A stretch of 64,000 bases of DNA from an uncultured Solirubrobacteraceae bacterium (lineage in GTDB: Bacteria > Actinomycetota > Thermoleophilia > Solirubrobacterales > Solirubrobacteraceae). Both the position numbers and the translations under genes were made by a program. The notes below the pieces were generated by a model that ran no database searches, was not told the origin of the DNA, and was given only the letters and a program-made list of their open reading frames with translations. The stretch's first letter is position 1, and each line of letters begins with the position of its first letter. This document shows positions 1-9,657 of the stretch, one piece after another. Location: assembly GCA_963729155.1 (NCBI GenBank), contig CAVSMP010000015.1, forward strand, positions 93,797 to 157,796, written 5' to 3'.

Positions 1-490
1 CCGGGCGCAGGAAGACCGTCGAGCCCGACTCCGCGACCGGCCCGACCGTCGTCTCGAACATCAGGTTGAACTCGCGCGCGGGCGTGAGGTCGCAGTCCGC
101 GTGCTCGCCCGGGAGCTTCGACGGCGCCCGGCCGCAGCGCACCCCCTCGTGCTGCGCGGTGCCGGCGCGCACCTCCTCGAGGTGGTCGGCGCGGAAGCGC
201 AGCTTGCAGGTGCGGCAGTCGACCAGCGGGTCGGTGAAGCCGGCGAGGTGGCCGGAGGCCTCCCACGTGCGCGGGTGCTGGATGATCGCCGAGTCCAGCG
301 CGACGATGTCGTCGCGCTCCTGGATCATCGCCTTCCACCACTGCGCGACGACGTTGTTCTTGAGCAGCACGCCGTAGTGCCCGTAGTCGTAGGTGTTGGC
401 GATCCCGCCGTAGATCTCCGAGGCGGGGAAGATCAGCCCCCGCCGCTTGCAGAGGGAGACGATCTTCTCCATGGTCGTGACGTCGGTCAT
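1..490 (-). CDS. glyQS: glycine--tRNA ligase (class II GlyQS type), N-terminal part; gene runs off left edge
   Basis: Not in ORF track because there is no stop in the window. Hand translation of the minus strand from ATG 490-488 gives MTDVTTMEKIVSLCKRRGLIFPASEIYGGIANTYDYGHYGVLLKNNVVAQWWKAMIQERDDIVALDSAIIQHPRTWEASGHLAGFTDPLVDC, a typical GlyRS N-terminus. Confidence 0.85.
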   Translation of the reverse strand, partial: MTDVTTMEKIVSLCKRRGLIFPASEIYGGIANTYDYGHYGVLLKNNVVAQWWKAMIQERDDIVALDSAIIQHPRTWEASGHLAGFTDPLVDCRTCKLRFRADHLEEVRAGTAQHEGVRCGRAPSKLPGEHADCDLTPAREFNLMFETTVGPVAESGSTVFLRP

Positions 491-552
491 TGCGGCGGGA
501 GGTTAGTGCGAGCGGGGAGGTGGGTGGGGCCCACATATACTCAGCCGCCGCC

Positions 553-870
553 ATGCCGATCTACGAGTACCGCTGCGAGAACGGGCACCTCTTCGAGGTC
601 ATGCAGAAGATGTCGGACCCGCCCGTGACCTCGTGCGAGGAGTGCGGCGCGACCGTGTCGCGCGTCTTCCATCCCGTCGCGGTGCACTTCAAGGGGTCCG
701 GCTTCTACAACACGGACTACGGCACCGCCAAGCGCAAGCGCGAGTCGGAGAAGTCCGCGAGCGACGGCGCCGACAAGAACGACGCCAAGCAGAAGGACAA
801 GAAGGAGTCCAAGTCGTCGTCGGACTCCTCCTCGAGCACGTCCTCCTCGCCCGCGAAGTCGTCGGACTGA
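553..870 (+). CDS. FmdB-family zinc-ribbon protein (CxxC..CxxC) with Ser/Lys-rich tail
   Basis: MPIYEYRCENGHLFEVMQKMSDPPVTSCEECG motif. Start moved to ATG 553 inside track ORF 490..870. Confidence 0.8.
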   Translation: MPIYEYRCENGHLFEVMQKMSDPPVTSCEECGATVSRVFHPVAVHFKGSGFYNTDYGTAKRKRESEKSASDGADKNDAKQKDKKESKSSSDSSSSTSSSPAKSSD

Positions 871-898
871 CGGCATAAGCCGGGCTGATGCCCGGCAC

Positions 899-1909
899 GT
901 GAAACCGTCATTGGCGCTTGGGGCTCGGCGCTGGCAGACTGACCCGATGTCGCCACGCCACATCGGCCTGCTGAGCGCGCTCGCCGCGATCTGGGGCGGC
1001 TCATACCTGCTGATCAAGTACGCGCTGGAGGACCTGTCGGCGCCGATGATCGTCTGGGCGCGCGTGGCGATCGCCGCCGTCGTCCTGCTCGGGCTGATCC
1101 GCTTCACGATGGGGCGGGGCGCCGTGGGCTCGGTGGGCCACGAGCTGCGCGGCCGGCCGCGCTCGGCGCTGCTGCTCGGCGTGCTCGCGGTGGCGCTGCC
1201 GTTCACGCTGATCACGCTGGGCGAGCTCGAGGTCCCGTCGGGCCTGACCGCGGTGCTGATCTCTCCCGCCTCGCTGTTCGTGGCGCTGTTCGCGCCGTGG
1301 ATCGACCCGTCGGAGCGGATCGACCGCCGGCAGGCGTTCGGCATGCTGCTCGGCCTCGGCGGGGTGGGGCTCGTGGTCGGCGTGGAGTCCGTGCAGACGC
1401 TCGGCGAGCTGCTCGGCGCGCTGGCCATGCTCGGCGCCGCGGCCTGCTACGCGCTCTCGAGCTTCGTGGTCAAGCGCCGCTACGGCCACATGGCGGCGAT
1501 GCAGACCTCGCTCGTGTCGATCACGGTGACGACGGTGGTGACCGCGCCGCTGGCGCTGGCGACGCTGCCGTCCGCCATGCCGGGCGCGCGGGCGCTGATC
1601 TCGGTGCTCGCGCTCGGCGCCGTCGGGACGGCGCTGGCGTTCGTGATCTTCTACAAGCTCATCAACGAGGTCGGCGCGGGCCGCGCCTCGCTGGTCTCCT
1701 ACCTGGCGCCGGGCGTGGCGCTCTTCTACGGCGCGCTGCTGCTCGACGAGGCGATCACGGCGGCGGCGATCGCCGGGCTCGTGCTGATCCTCGGTGGCGT
1801 CGCGATCGCGTCGCGGCCGCGCCGGGTCAGCCCTTCAGGAACCGCTCGACGGCCGACCGCTTCTCCGCGTCGTCCACCTCGAGACCGGCCCCTCCGTCGG
1901 GCAGCGTGA
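899..1909 (+). CDS. EamA/DMT-family transporter
   Basis: Track ORF 899..1909 is multi-TM, with LSALAAIWGGSYLLIKYAL typical of EamA repeats. ATG 947 is an alternative start. The 3' end overlaps the convergent LCP gene. Confidence 0.8.
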   Translation: MKPSLALGARRWQTDPMSPRHIGLLSALAAIWGGSYLLIKYALEDLSAPMIVWARVAIAAVVLLGLIRFTMGRGAVGSVGHELRGRPRSALLLGVLAVALPFTLITLGELEVPSGLTAVLISPASLFVALFAPWIDPSERIDRRQAFGMLLGLGGVGLVVGVESVQTLGELLGALAMLGAAACYALSSFVVKRRYGHMAAMQTSLVSITVTTVVTAPLALATLPSAMPGARALISVLALGAVGTALAFVIFYKLINEVGAGRASLVSYLAPGVALFYGALLLDEAITAAAIAGLVLILGGVAIASRPRRVSPSGTARRPTASPRRPPRDRPLRRAA

Positions 1910-2957
1910 CGTTGCCCGAGGGCTTGAGCACGCGCGGCTGAGCCTTGCCGCCGATCACCTCGCCGCCGACGAGGCCCAGCAGCGAGGGGCCCGCCATGTC
2001 GGACTGGACGGCGCGCGGGGCGGCCCAGCTGACCCACGGCAGGCGGGCGAAGGTCTCGAACGAGATGACCTTGTCGCGCAGGGCGCTCAGCACCTCCTGC
2101 TGGCGGCGGGCGCGCGTGAGGTCGTCCTCGTTCGGCGCGCACTCGTTCTTGCGCGTGCGCGCGAGGGCGAGCGCCTGCTTGCCGCTGATCTCGTGCTCGC
2201 CCTTCTTCAGCCGCAGCGTGTAGCCGCCGTTGCGCGTGCCGCCGTTGATCTTGGAGACGACGCAGCCGCCCTTGTAGGTGACGCCGCCGAGCGAGTCGAT
2301 CAGCTGCGGGAAGTTCTCGAAGTTGACCTCGACGAGGTGGTTGACGTCGATCCCGAGGTAGCTCTCGACGGTCTTGATCGCGAGCGACGGGCCGCCGAGC
2401 GCGTACGCGGCGTTGATCTTGTTGCGCCCGTGGCCGGGGATGTCGACGACGGTGTCGCGCGGGATCGAGAGCGTGGCGTTGGCGCCGCCGCCGACGCGCA
2501 TCAGCAGGATCGAGTCCGAGCGCGAGGGCGAGCCGATGAAGTTCGCGCCGGCCTCCTTGCTGCCCTTCGGCCGCGCGTCGGAGCCGAGCATCAGCACGGT
2601 GTTGGGCGAGGTGAGCGTGAAGCCGCCGCTGGAGAGCTGCCGCTCGGCCGCGTCGGAGACCTTGGACTCCTGGATCTGGGCGGAGATCAGGAACAGGATC
2701 GCGCTGACCAGCACCCAGGCGACCGCGGCGAACGCGACGAAGCGGAGGATCCGGCCGACGGAGAGGCGGCGGCGGGGGCCGGCGCCGTCGCGGCGGCCGC
2801 GCAGCCAGCCGCGCGGGTCGAGGCGCCGCCGGCGGCCGTGGACCTCGTAGTCCGGGCGGTCGTCCGCGCGCGGATCGAGGCCGTCGTCGTCACGGCCCTG
2901 CAGGAAGCGCGGGCGCGCCTTGTAGGTGGTGTAGGGGCGGTCGTCTTCGTCGGCCAT
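1827..2957 (-). CDS. LCP (LytR-CpsA-Psr) family cell-envelope phosphotransferase
   Basis: N-terminal TM, then NTVLMLGSDARP...RSDSILLMRV...SIPRDTVVDIPGHGRNKINAAYALGG, the LCP core motifs. Confidence 0.85.
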   Translation of the reverse strand: MADEDDRPYTTYKARPRFLQGRDDDGLDPRADDRPDYEVHGRRRRLDPRGWLRGRRDGAGPRRRLSVGRILRFVAFAAVAWVLVSAILFLISAQIQESKVSDAAERQLSSGGFTLTSPNTVLMLGSDARPKGSKEAGANFIGSPSRSDSILLMRVGGGANATLSIPRDTVVDIPGHGRNKINAAYALGGPSLAIKTVESYLGIDVNHLVEVNFENFPQLIDSLGGVTYKGGCVVSKINGGTRNGGYTLRLKKGEHEISGKQALALARTRKNECAPNEDDLTRARRQQEVLSALRDKVISFETFARLPWVSWAAPRAVQSDMAGPSLLGLVGGEVIGGKAQPRVLKPSGNVTLPDGGAGLEVDDAEKRSAVERFLKG

Positions 2958-2977
2958 GGGGAAGGGCGGGCGGTAAG

Positions 2978-3974
2978 GTGGCCGGCGTGGCCGAGGGATG
3001 CGTCATCGGCGTCGATCTCGGCGGCACCAAGCTTCTGGCCGGCGCCGTGGACCAGGACGGGACGGTCCATCACCGTACCAACCGCCCTGCGCTCGGCCTG
3101 GACCAGCTCGAGCTCGTGGAGCTGGTCGCGCACGCGGTCGAGGGCGTCCGCCGCTCGCTCGGCGAGGAGGTCTCCGGCGTGGGCTTCGGGATCCCGTGCA
3201 CGTTCGACGCGCGCACGGGGCTGGCGGTGCAGGCGGTCAATCTCCCGCTGCGCGACATCCGCTTCGCGGACGTGATGGCGGAGCGGCTCGAGCTGCCCGT
3301 CGTCGTCGACAACGACGCCAACTGCGCCGTGCTGGCCGAGGCGCGCGCGGGCGCCGGCGCGGGCTGCAGCGAGGTCGTGATGCTCACGCTCGGCACGGGC
3401 ATCGGCGGCGGCCTGTTCCTGCACGGCGAGGTCTACCGCGGCTTCGAGGGCGGTGGAGCGGAGCTCGGCCACATGGTCGTCGACATGGACGGGCGGCCGT
3501 GCCAGGGCAACTGCCCGAACTGGGGCTGTCTGGAGTCCGTGTCCTCCGGGACCGCGCTGGTACGCGAGGCGTCGCTGGCGGTCGCGCGCCGGCCGGACAC
3601 CGAGCTCGGGCGCGCGCTCGAGGCCGGCCGCGAGCTGACCGGCCCGTTGATCACGGACTTCGCCCGCGCGGGCGACCCCGTGGCGTGCCGCCGCTATCGA
3701 GGTGATCGGCCGCGCGCTCGGCGTCGGGCTGGCGAACATCGCGAACATCTTCTGCCCGCAGGTGATCGTCATCGGCGGCGGCGTGAGCGCCGCGGGCGAC
3801 CTGCTGCTCGACCCCGCGCGCGAGGTCATGCGCCGGCGCGCGCTGCGCCCCGGTCGCGACGAGGTGCGCGTGGCGGCCGCCGCGTTCGGCGCCGAGGCGG
3901 GCATGATCGGCGCGGCGATGCTCGCCCGCGAGCGCCCGTCCGACGTGCCCTCGGCCGCAGGGGTCCCCCGATGA
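2978..3974 (+). pseudogene. ROK-family glucokinase/sugar kinase, interrupted by one +1 frameshift near 3686-3692
   Basis: The N-terminal part (frame of 2978) reads VIGVDLGGTKLLAG...DNDANCAVLAEA...LGTGIGGG...ELGHMVVDMDGRPCQGNCPNWGCLES. The C-terminal part continues in the frame of ORF 3702..3974 (IEVIGRALGVGLANIANIFCPQVIVIGGGVS). Removing one C from TGCCGCC restores ...DPVACAAIEVIG. Confidence 0.75.
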
Positions 3975-4777
3975 GCGGCCGGCTCGTGGTGTGCCCGACT
4001 CCGATCGGGAACCTCGAGGACGTCACGCTGCGCGTGCTCGCCGCCCTGCGCGAGGCCGACGTCGTGGCGTGCGAGGACACGCGCCGCACGCGCGTGCTGC
4101 TCGAGCGCTACGGCGTGCAGGCGACGCTCGTCTCCTACCACGAGCACAACGAGCGCGAGCGGGCTGCGGAGCTCGTCGAGCGCATGTCCGGAGGCGAGGT
4201 CGTCGCCCTGGTCTCCGACGCGGGGATGCCGCTCGTCAGCGACCCGGGCTACGTGCTCGTGCAGGGCTGCGTCGCCGCGGGCCTCTCCGTCGAGGTGCTC
4301 CCGGGGCCGTCGGCCGCGCTGGCCGCGCTCGTCGCGAGCGCGCTGCCGTCGGACGCGTGGCGCTTCGCCGGCTTCCTGCCGCGCAAGCGGGCCGCCCTGC
4401 TCGAGGTGCTCGACTCCCCGGAGACGGTCGTCGCCTTCGAGTCGCCCCGGCGCGTGGGGGCGACGCTCGCCGCGCTCGCGGATGCCGACCCGACGCGCCC
4501 GGTCGCGGTCTGCCGCGAGCTGACGAAGCTCCACGAGGAGATCGTCCGCGGGACGGCTGCCGAGCTCGCTGCGCGCTACGCCGATGAGCCGCCCCGCGGC
4601 GAGGTCGTGCTCGTCTTCGGCGGCGCGCCGCCGCGCGAGGGCGCCGACCCCAAGGCGATCGACGCCGTCCGTCGCCTGATCGAGGCGGGCGCCAAGGCCC
4701 GCACGGCCGCGAGCGTCGTCGCCGACCTCACCGGCGCGGGGGCCAACGAGCTCTACCGCGCGGTCGCCGAGCGCTAG
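3971..4777 (+). CDS. rsmI: 16S rRNA (cytidine1402-2'-O)-methyltransferase
   Basis: MSGRLVVCPTPIGNLEDVTLRVLAALREADVVACEDTRRTRVLLERYG...LVSDAGMPLVSDPG. ATGA overlap with the ROK stop. Confidence 0.9.
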   Translation: MSGRLVVCPTPIGNLEDVTLRVLAALREADVVACEDTRRTRVLLERYGVQATLVSYHEHNERERAAELVERMSGGEVVALVSDAGMPLVSDPGYVLVQGCVAAGLSVEVLPGPSAALAALVASALPSDAWRFAGFLPRKRAALLEVLDSPETVVAFESPRRVGATLAALADADPTRPVAVCRELTKLHEEIVRGTAAELAARYADEPPRGEVVLVFGGAPPREGADPKAIDAVRRLIEAGAKARTAASVVADLTGAGANELYRAVAER

Positions 4778-5265
4778 CCCCGCCGCGGCTCCACGACGAG
4801 CTCCATCAGCAGCTCGTCGTGCCACGTGCCGTCGCTGCCGCGCTCGCTGTTGCGCGTGATGCCGACCTGCCGGAAGCCGAGCTTCTCGTAGACGCGGATC
4901 GCACGCGCGTTGTGCGGCCACGTCGACAGCGTGATCCGGTGGTGGCCGCGGTCCTCGATCAGGTGCCCGATCATCGCCCGCATCGCATCCGTGCCGAGCC
5001 CCTGTCCGTGCACCCGCGTGGCGAGCAGGATGTCGACGTCGGCGTGCCGGTAGTCCTCGTCGGGCTCCTCGGAGAACTGGACGAACCCGACGAGCTCGCC
5101 GTCGAGCTCGATCACCCACTCCTCGACCGTCTCGTCGTCGCCCGGCCACTCCGGGGTCTGCTCCCCCCAGAACCGCACCACCTCGGGCTCGTCCCGGATC
5201 GCCTTCAGCGGCCCGCGGTCGCGCGGCTCGATCGGCCGGAGGGCCACCTTGTCGCCATGGATCAC
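4774..5265 (-). CDS. GNAT-family N-acetyltransferase
   Basis: C-terminal 163 aa of track ORF 4774..6960: VALRPIEPRD...VGFVQF...RVHGQGLGTDAMRAMI...NARAIRVYEKLGF. GTG start at 5265. Confidence 0.8.
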   Translation of the reverse strand: MIHGDKVALRPIEPRDRGPLKAIRDEPEVVRFWGEQTPEWPGDDETVEEWVIELDGELVGFVQFSEEPDEDYRHADVDILLATRVHGQGLGTDAMRAMIGHLIEDRGHHRITLSTWPHNARAIRVYEKLGFRQVGITRNSERGSDGTWHDELLMELVVEPRRG

Positions 5266-5448
5266 GCCTGGATGGTTGCGCAGCCCCGGCGAACGGCGCT
5301 CGTAGGGAGCGTGGTCGAGGCGTTCGGGGCGCTCCGGGGAGATCCGGGGGAGCTTGACGCCCGCCTGGCGTGCGTCTTCGACCCGACGTTTCGGGCTCGG
5401 GAACGCCGAGTGGCCGAGGCACGCCTGGCGTGCGGCAGGTTCCCAGCG

Positions 5449-6279
5449 ATGCGATGGGGCGACCGCGTGCGGAGCTGCCGACTCCCTCACCCGAGCAGTT
5501 CCGGCCCCGCGACGACTCTGCGACAAACCACGCACAACCGCCCACGGCTGGCGCCGGAGCCCGTAGCGTCGGCGGCCGTGCTCGTCCTCGCCATCGCCCT
5601 GACGCTCTTCCCGCCGGTCCCGGGAGGGGTCGCACGCGGGTTCGACTACGCGGGCGACCCGTTCGCGCGCGGGCTCCACCGCGGGGTCGACCTCGCTGCA
5701 CGGCCGGGCGAGCCCGTCCGGGCGGCGTGCGGCGGCCGGGTCACGTTCGCGGGCCGGGCAGGCGCGAACGGCCGCGCGGTGACGGTCCGCTGCGGCCCCT
5801 GGAGCGTCACGCATCTGCCGCTGCGCCGGCTCGCGGTGCGCGCGGGTGAGCGCGTCGCCCCACGCGCGACCCTCGGCACCGCCGCCACATCGAAGGACCA
5901 CAAGGGCATCCACCTCGGCGTCCGCCGCGCCGACGACCCGCTGGCCTACGTCGACCCCGCACCGCTGCTCCGCACCCCGCCCGGCCCCGCGCCACCGGCC
6001 GTGCCCCGCGCCAGCGTCCGGAGGCCCGACCCACCACCGCCGTTGCCGTCCGCCCCGCTGCCGCGTGCCGCGCCGTTGCCGCGCGCGGTGCCGCCGCCGT
6101 TGCCGTCGGGCCCGCCGCCGCGCGCCGCGCCGCGCCCGGGTTCGAGTCCCCTCGCCCCCTGGCCCGCCTGGGCCGGGCTGGCGCTCCTGCTCGCGGGAGC
6201 CTCCGGGGCGGGCGCCGCGCGCGTGCGCCGGACGCGCCGCGCGGCGCTCGCACGCCCGGCCGCGGCGGCTGTACGGTGA
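5449..6279 (+). CDS. M23/LytM-family metallopeptidase with Pro-rich C-terminal region and terminal TM
   Basis: HRGVDLAARPGEPVRAACGGRVTFAG...GIHLGVRR (HxxxD / HxH-type LytM motifs). ATG 5449 lies inside track ORF 4819..6279, so the start is uncertain. Confidence 0.7.
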   Translation: MRWGDRVRSCRLPHPSSSGPATTLRQTTHNRPRLAPEPVASAAVLVLAIALTLFPPVPGGVARGFDYAGDPFARGLHRGVDLAARPGEPVRAACGGRVTFAGRAGANGRAVTVRCGPWSVTHLPLRRLAVRAGERVAPRATLGTAATSKDHKGIHLGVRRADDPLAYVDPAPLLRTPPGPAPPAVPRASVRRPDPPPPLPSAPLPRAAPLPRAVPPPLPSGPPPRAAPRPGSSPLAPWPAWAGLALLLAGASGAGAARVRRTRRAALARPAAAAVR

Positions 6280-6283
6280 GCCG

Positions 6284-6901
6284 ATGAGCGTCCTCCTCGT
6301 CGGCTTCGGCCTCGGGTTCTTCGTGGCCGCGCAGCTCGGGCCGCTGTCGCTGTTCGCGATCCGCTCGACGCTACGCAGCGGCGCGGCGGTCGGGCTCGCG
6401 ATCGGCGCGGGGGTCGCGGTGATCGACACGATGTACGCCGCGGCCGGGGCGGCGGGCGCGGCCGGGCTGCTCGAGGTCGAGCCGCTGCGCGTGGCCTTCG
6501 GCCTGATCGGCGCCGGCGTCCTGATCTTCCTCGGCATCAGGACGCTGGTGTCCGCGTTCCGGGTGCGGCTCGGCGGCGAGGTCGAGGAGGAGGTCGCCTC
6601 GCCGCGCAGGGCCTTCGCCACCGCGCTCGGCGCGACGGCCTCCAACCCGCTGACGATCGCCTCGTGGGCCGCGATCTTCACCGCGGCGGGCGCCGCCGGC
6701 GCCGCCGAGGGCGCGGGCGTCGCGGTGCTGCTCGCCGGGGTGGGGATCGGCAGCATGACCTGGATGGCGATCCTCGCGACCGGCGTCGGCGTCGCCCGCC
6801 CCTGGGTCGGCGATCGCGCGCTGCGCGCCGTCGACGGCCTCGCCGGCGCAGGCCTGATCGGCTTCGGCGGCCTGCTCGCCTGGCGCACCGCGAACGAGTA
6901 G
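6284..6901 (+). CDS. LysE-family amino-acid translocator
   Basis: MSVLLVGFGLGFFVAAQLGPLSLFAIRSTL...SNPLTIASW. About 205 aa, multi-TM. ATG 6284 lies inside track ORF 5846..6901. Confidence 0.8.
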   Translation: MSVLLVGFGLGFFVAAQLGPLSLFAIRSTLRSGAAVGLAIGAGVAVIDTMYAAAGAAGAAGLLEVEPLRVAFGLIGAGVLIFLGIRTLVSAFRVRLGGEVEEEVASPRRAFATALGATASNPLTIASWAAIFTAAGAAGAAEGAGVAVLLAGVGIGSMTWMAILATGVGVARPWVGDRALRAVDGLAGAGLIGFGGLLAWRTANE

Positions 6902-6916
6902 GCGCTCGCGGCGCGG

Positions 6917-8083
6917 TTGCCGCCACCCGGCTCGCCTGAGAGAGTCGCCGCGGTGGGCATCCTCGACGACGTACTCGGCTCGGTCGCCTTCGACTACTTC
7001 GACGGCCCGAAGATCCTCGGACACCGGGCGCGCAAGCTGATCGAGAGCGGTGAGCGCGCCACGGCGACCGTCGCCGGGATCGCGGTCACCCGCACGCAGA
7101 TCGGCGAGCACGGGGCCGACTCGAACGACTTCGTCTACGCCTACGCGCTCGAGGTCCGCGCCTCCGCCGCACCGTTCCGCGCGGGCGTGCGCCAGCGGCT
7201 CGACCAGCACCGCTGGCGGGCGCACGTCGGCGCCGAGGTCGTCGTCGCACATGACGGCGACCGCGTGATCATCGACTGGGAGCGGACGCTGCAGGGGTGG
7301 GGACTCGAGCCGGACACGGTCAACCCCGCGAGCTGGACGACGCTCGACGAGCCGCCGGCCGACGGCGTGACGGATCGCATCGCCGACAAGCAGCGCAAGA
7401 AGATCGCCGAGCTCGAGCCGGCCGAGGCGACGGTCGTGGCGGACCGCGGCGCTCGCGCGCTGGGGATGGTGAGCGGCCAGACGCGGATCCTCGACGTCGA
7501 GCTGCGCCTGCGCGACGGGCGCACGCTCCAGCTGCGCGCGGAGCGGACGCACGTCCCCGACTACGCGCGCCACCGGCTGGCGCCAGGGGTCGTGCTGCGC
7601 GCCGGCTATGACGCCGAGCGGCCCGAGCACGTGCGCTTCGACTGGCTCGCCCTCGCCACCGAGCCGCTGCGCGAGGTCCCCGTGCCCGCGTGGAGCGGCC
7701 CGCCGGAGCCCGAGGCCCGCGAGTTCGACCCGGTGGCGACGACCGAGCGGATCGCCGGGAAGCTCGGTGTCACGGTCCCCGACTACGAGGCGATCGCGAG
7801 CGAGCCGGCGCCCACCGCAAGCACGGCGACCGAGCACGGCGCGACCTTCGACCGCTGGATCGACCTCAAGGCCGAGATGGAGGTGGCGGGCGTCGCCCGC
7901 AAGGAGAAGGACGCCTGGACCGCGGCCCGCGAGCCGTCCGTGACGAGCTGGAAGGAGCTCGACCGCCACTGGTCGAAGGCGATGGGCCGCGACCCCGCGC
8001 TCGCCGACCGTTTCGCCGCCCGCTACTCGCAGGCGGTGCAGGCGCGGATCTCCGCCGCCGCCCGCACGATGAGCGCGGGCTGA
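6917..8083 (+). CDS. hypothetical protein
   Basis: Long ORF with G/C-ending codons and a non-degenerate composition. No motif recognised. GTG 6953 is an alternative start. Confidence 0.5.
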   Translation: MPPPGSPERVAAVGILDDVLGSVAFDYFDGPKILGHRARKLIESGERATATVAGIAVTRTQIGEHGADSNDFVYAYALEVRASAAPFRAGVRQRLDQHRWRAHVGAEVVVAHDGDRVIIDWERTLQGWGLEPDTVNPASWTTLDEPPADGVTDRIADKQRKKIAELEPAEATVVADRGARALGMVSGQTRILDVELRLRDGRTLQLRAERTHVPDYARHRLAPGVVLRAGYDAERPEHVRFDWLALATEPLREVPVPAWSGPPEPEAREFDPVATTERIAGKLGVTVPDYEAIASEPAPTASTATEHGATFDRWIDLKAEMEVAGVARKEKDAWTAAREPSVTSWKELDRHWSKAMGRDPALADRFAARYSQAVQARISAAARTMSAG

Positions 8084-8142
8084 CCAAGCCGCGCCGGGGC
8101 GGGGTTTGAACCCGGCGCGCCGCTAGCCTTGGGCGGGCTCCG

Positions 8143-9657
8143 ATGTCCTTCTACATCACCACCCCGATCTACTACGTCAACGCGGCGCCGCACCTCGGCC
8201 ACGCGTACTCCACGATCGGTGCCGACATCCTCGCCCGCCACCACCGCCAGCGCGGCGAGGACGTGTTCTTCCTCACGGGCACCGACGAGCACGGTGAGCC
8301 CGTCGCGCTGGCCGCCGAGCGCGAGGGCGTCACGCCGAAGGAGCTCGCCGACCGCAACGCGGCCCGCTTCGAGGCGCTGATGCCGCGCATCAACGCCTCC
8401 AACGACTTCTTCATCCGCACGAGCGACCCGCGCCACAAGGAGCGCGTCCAGGCGTTCATGCAGCGCGTGCACGACAACGGGCACGTCTACAAGGGCCTCT
8501 ACGAGGGCTGGTACTGCCCCCGCTGCGCGGACTTCAAGGCCGAGAACGAGATCGCGGAGGGCAACACCTGCCCGATCCACCGCATCCCGCTCGACCGCGA
8601 GGAGGAGGAGAACTGGTTCTTCCGCCTCTCCGCGTTCCAGGAGCAGCTCGAGCAGCTCTACGCCGAGCCGGGCTTCGTCTTGCCGCCCCAGCGCTTCAAC
8701 GAGGCCCGGGCGTTCATCACGGGCGGGCTCACCGACGTCTCGCTCAGCCGCGCGAAGATCTCCTGGGGCGTCGAGGTCCCGTGGGATCCCAAGCACGTCT
8801 TCTACGTCTGGTTCGACGCCCTGCTCAACTACTACACGGCGCTCTCGTTCGGGGCGGGCGAACGCGACCGCACCGCCGAGCTGTGGCCCGCGACGCTGCA
8901 GATCCTCGCCAAGGACATCCTCAAGTTCCACGCCGTGATCTGGCCGGCTCTGCTGCTCGCCGCGGGGGAGGAGGTCCCGCAGCGGCTGTTCATCCACGGC
9001 TACCTGACGATGAAGGACGCGTCGGGCGAGGACGTGAAGATGTCCAAGTCGCTGGGCAACGTGCTCGACCCGTTCGAGGTCATGGACACCTTCGGAACGG
9101 ACGCCCTCCGCTACTACTGCTTCCGCGAGGTCTCCTTCGGCCAGGACGGCGCGGTCTCCACCGCCGGCTTCGAGTCGCGCTACGAGACCGAGCTGGCCAA
9201 CGACTACGGCAACCTCGCGAGCCGCACGATCGCCATGATCGCCCGCTACCGCGACGGCATCACGCCCGACACGGATCCCGACCCGGCGCTCGCGGCGGAC
9301 TTCGAGGGCCTCGCCGCCGAGGTCGTCGACCTGCTCGACCGCGCGGAGATCACCCAGGCGCTCGAGCGGGTGTGGCAGCGGGTGCGGCGCCTGAACCGGT
9401 ACGTCGAGGAGCAGGCGCCATGGAAGCTCGCGAAGGAGCCGGACCACGAGGACCTGCTCGACACGGTGCTGCTCTCGCTCGCCGAGGGCCTGCGCGTGGT
9501 GACCGTGCTGCTGCACGCGTACATGCCCGAGACGACCGAGCGGCTGATGGGCGCGCTCGGCCAGGACGGCGGCTTCGCGATCGAGACGGCGCGCTTCGGC
9601 TCCGGCGGCCAGGGCACGGTGACGACGCTGGACCCGCCGCTCTTCCCCAAGCAGTGA
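8143..9657 (+). CDS. metG: methionine--tRNA ligase (short form)
   Basis: MSFYITTPIYYVNAAPHLGHAYSTI (HIGH-type motif), CPRC zinc knuckle, KMSKSLGN. Confidence 0.95.
   Translation: MSFYITTPIYYVNAAPHLGHAYSTIGADILARHHRQRGEDVFFLTGTDEHGEPVALAAEREGVTPKELADRNAARFEALMPRINASNDFFIRTSDPRHKERVQAFMQRVHDNGHVYKGLYEGWYCPRCADFKAENEIAEGNTCPIHRIPLDREEEENWFFRLSAFQEQLEQLYAEPGFVLPPQRFNEARAFITGGLTDVSLSRAKISWGVEVPWDPKHVFYVWFDALLNYYTALSFGAGERDRTAELWPATLQILAKDILKFHAVIWPALLLAAGEEVPQRLFIHGYLTMKDASGEDVKMSKSLGNVLDPFEVMDTFGTDALRYYCFREVSFGQDGAVSTAGFESRYETELANDYGNLASRTIAMIARYRDGITPDTDPDPALAADFEGLAAEVVDLLDRAEITQALERVWQRVRRLNRYVEEQAPWKLAKEPDHEDLLDTVLLSLAEGLRVVTVLLHAYMPETTERLMGALGQDGGFAIETARFGSGGQGTVTTLDPPLFPKQ

Noticed and set aside
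2687-5701. 1004-aa minus-strand ORF, and similar giant ORFs: 28423..31713 (-), 23472..25304 (-), 16851..18776 (-), 8023..9516 (-), 6371..7969 (-), 62182..63792 (-).
   Set aside because: All are antisense to genes with clear family motifs. Their translations are monotonous Arg/Ala/Gly/Pro strings. This is the usual stop-codon-poor antisense artefact of very high-GC DNA.
4774-6960. 728-aa minus-strand ORF.
   Set aside because: Only the C-terminal 163 aa form a GNAT domain. The rest is antisense to the M23 peptidase and LysE genes and is low-complexity.
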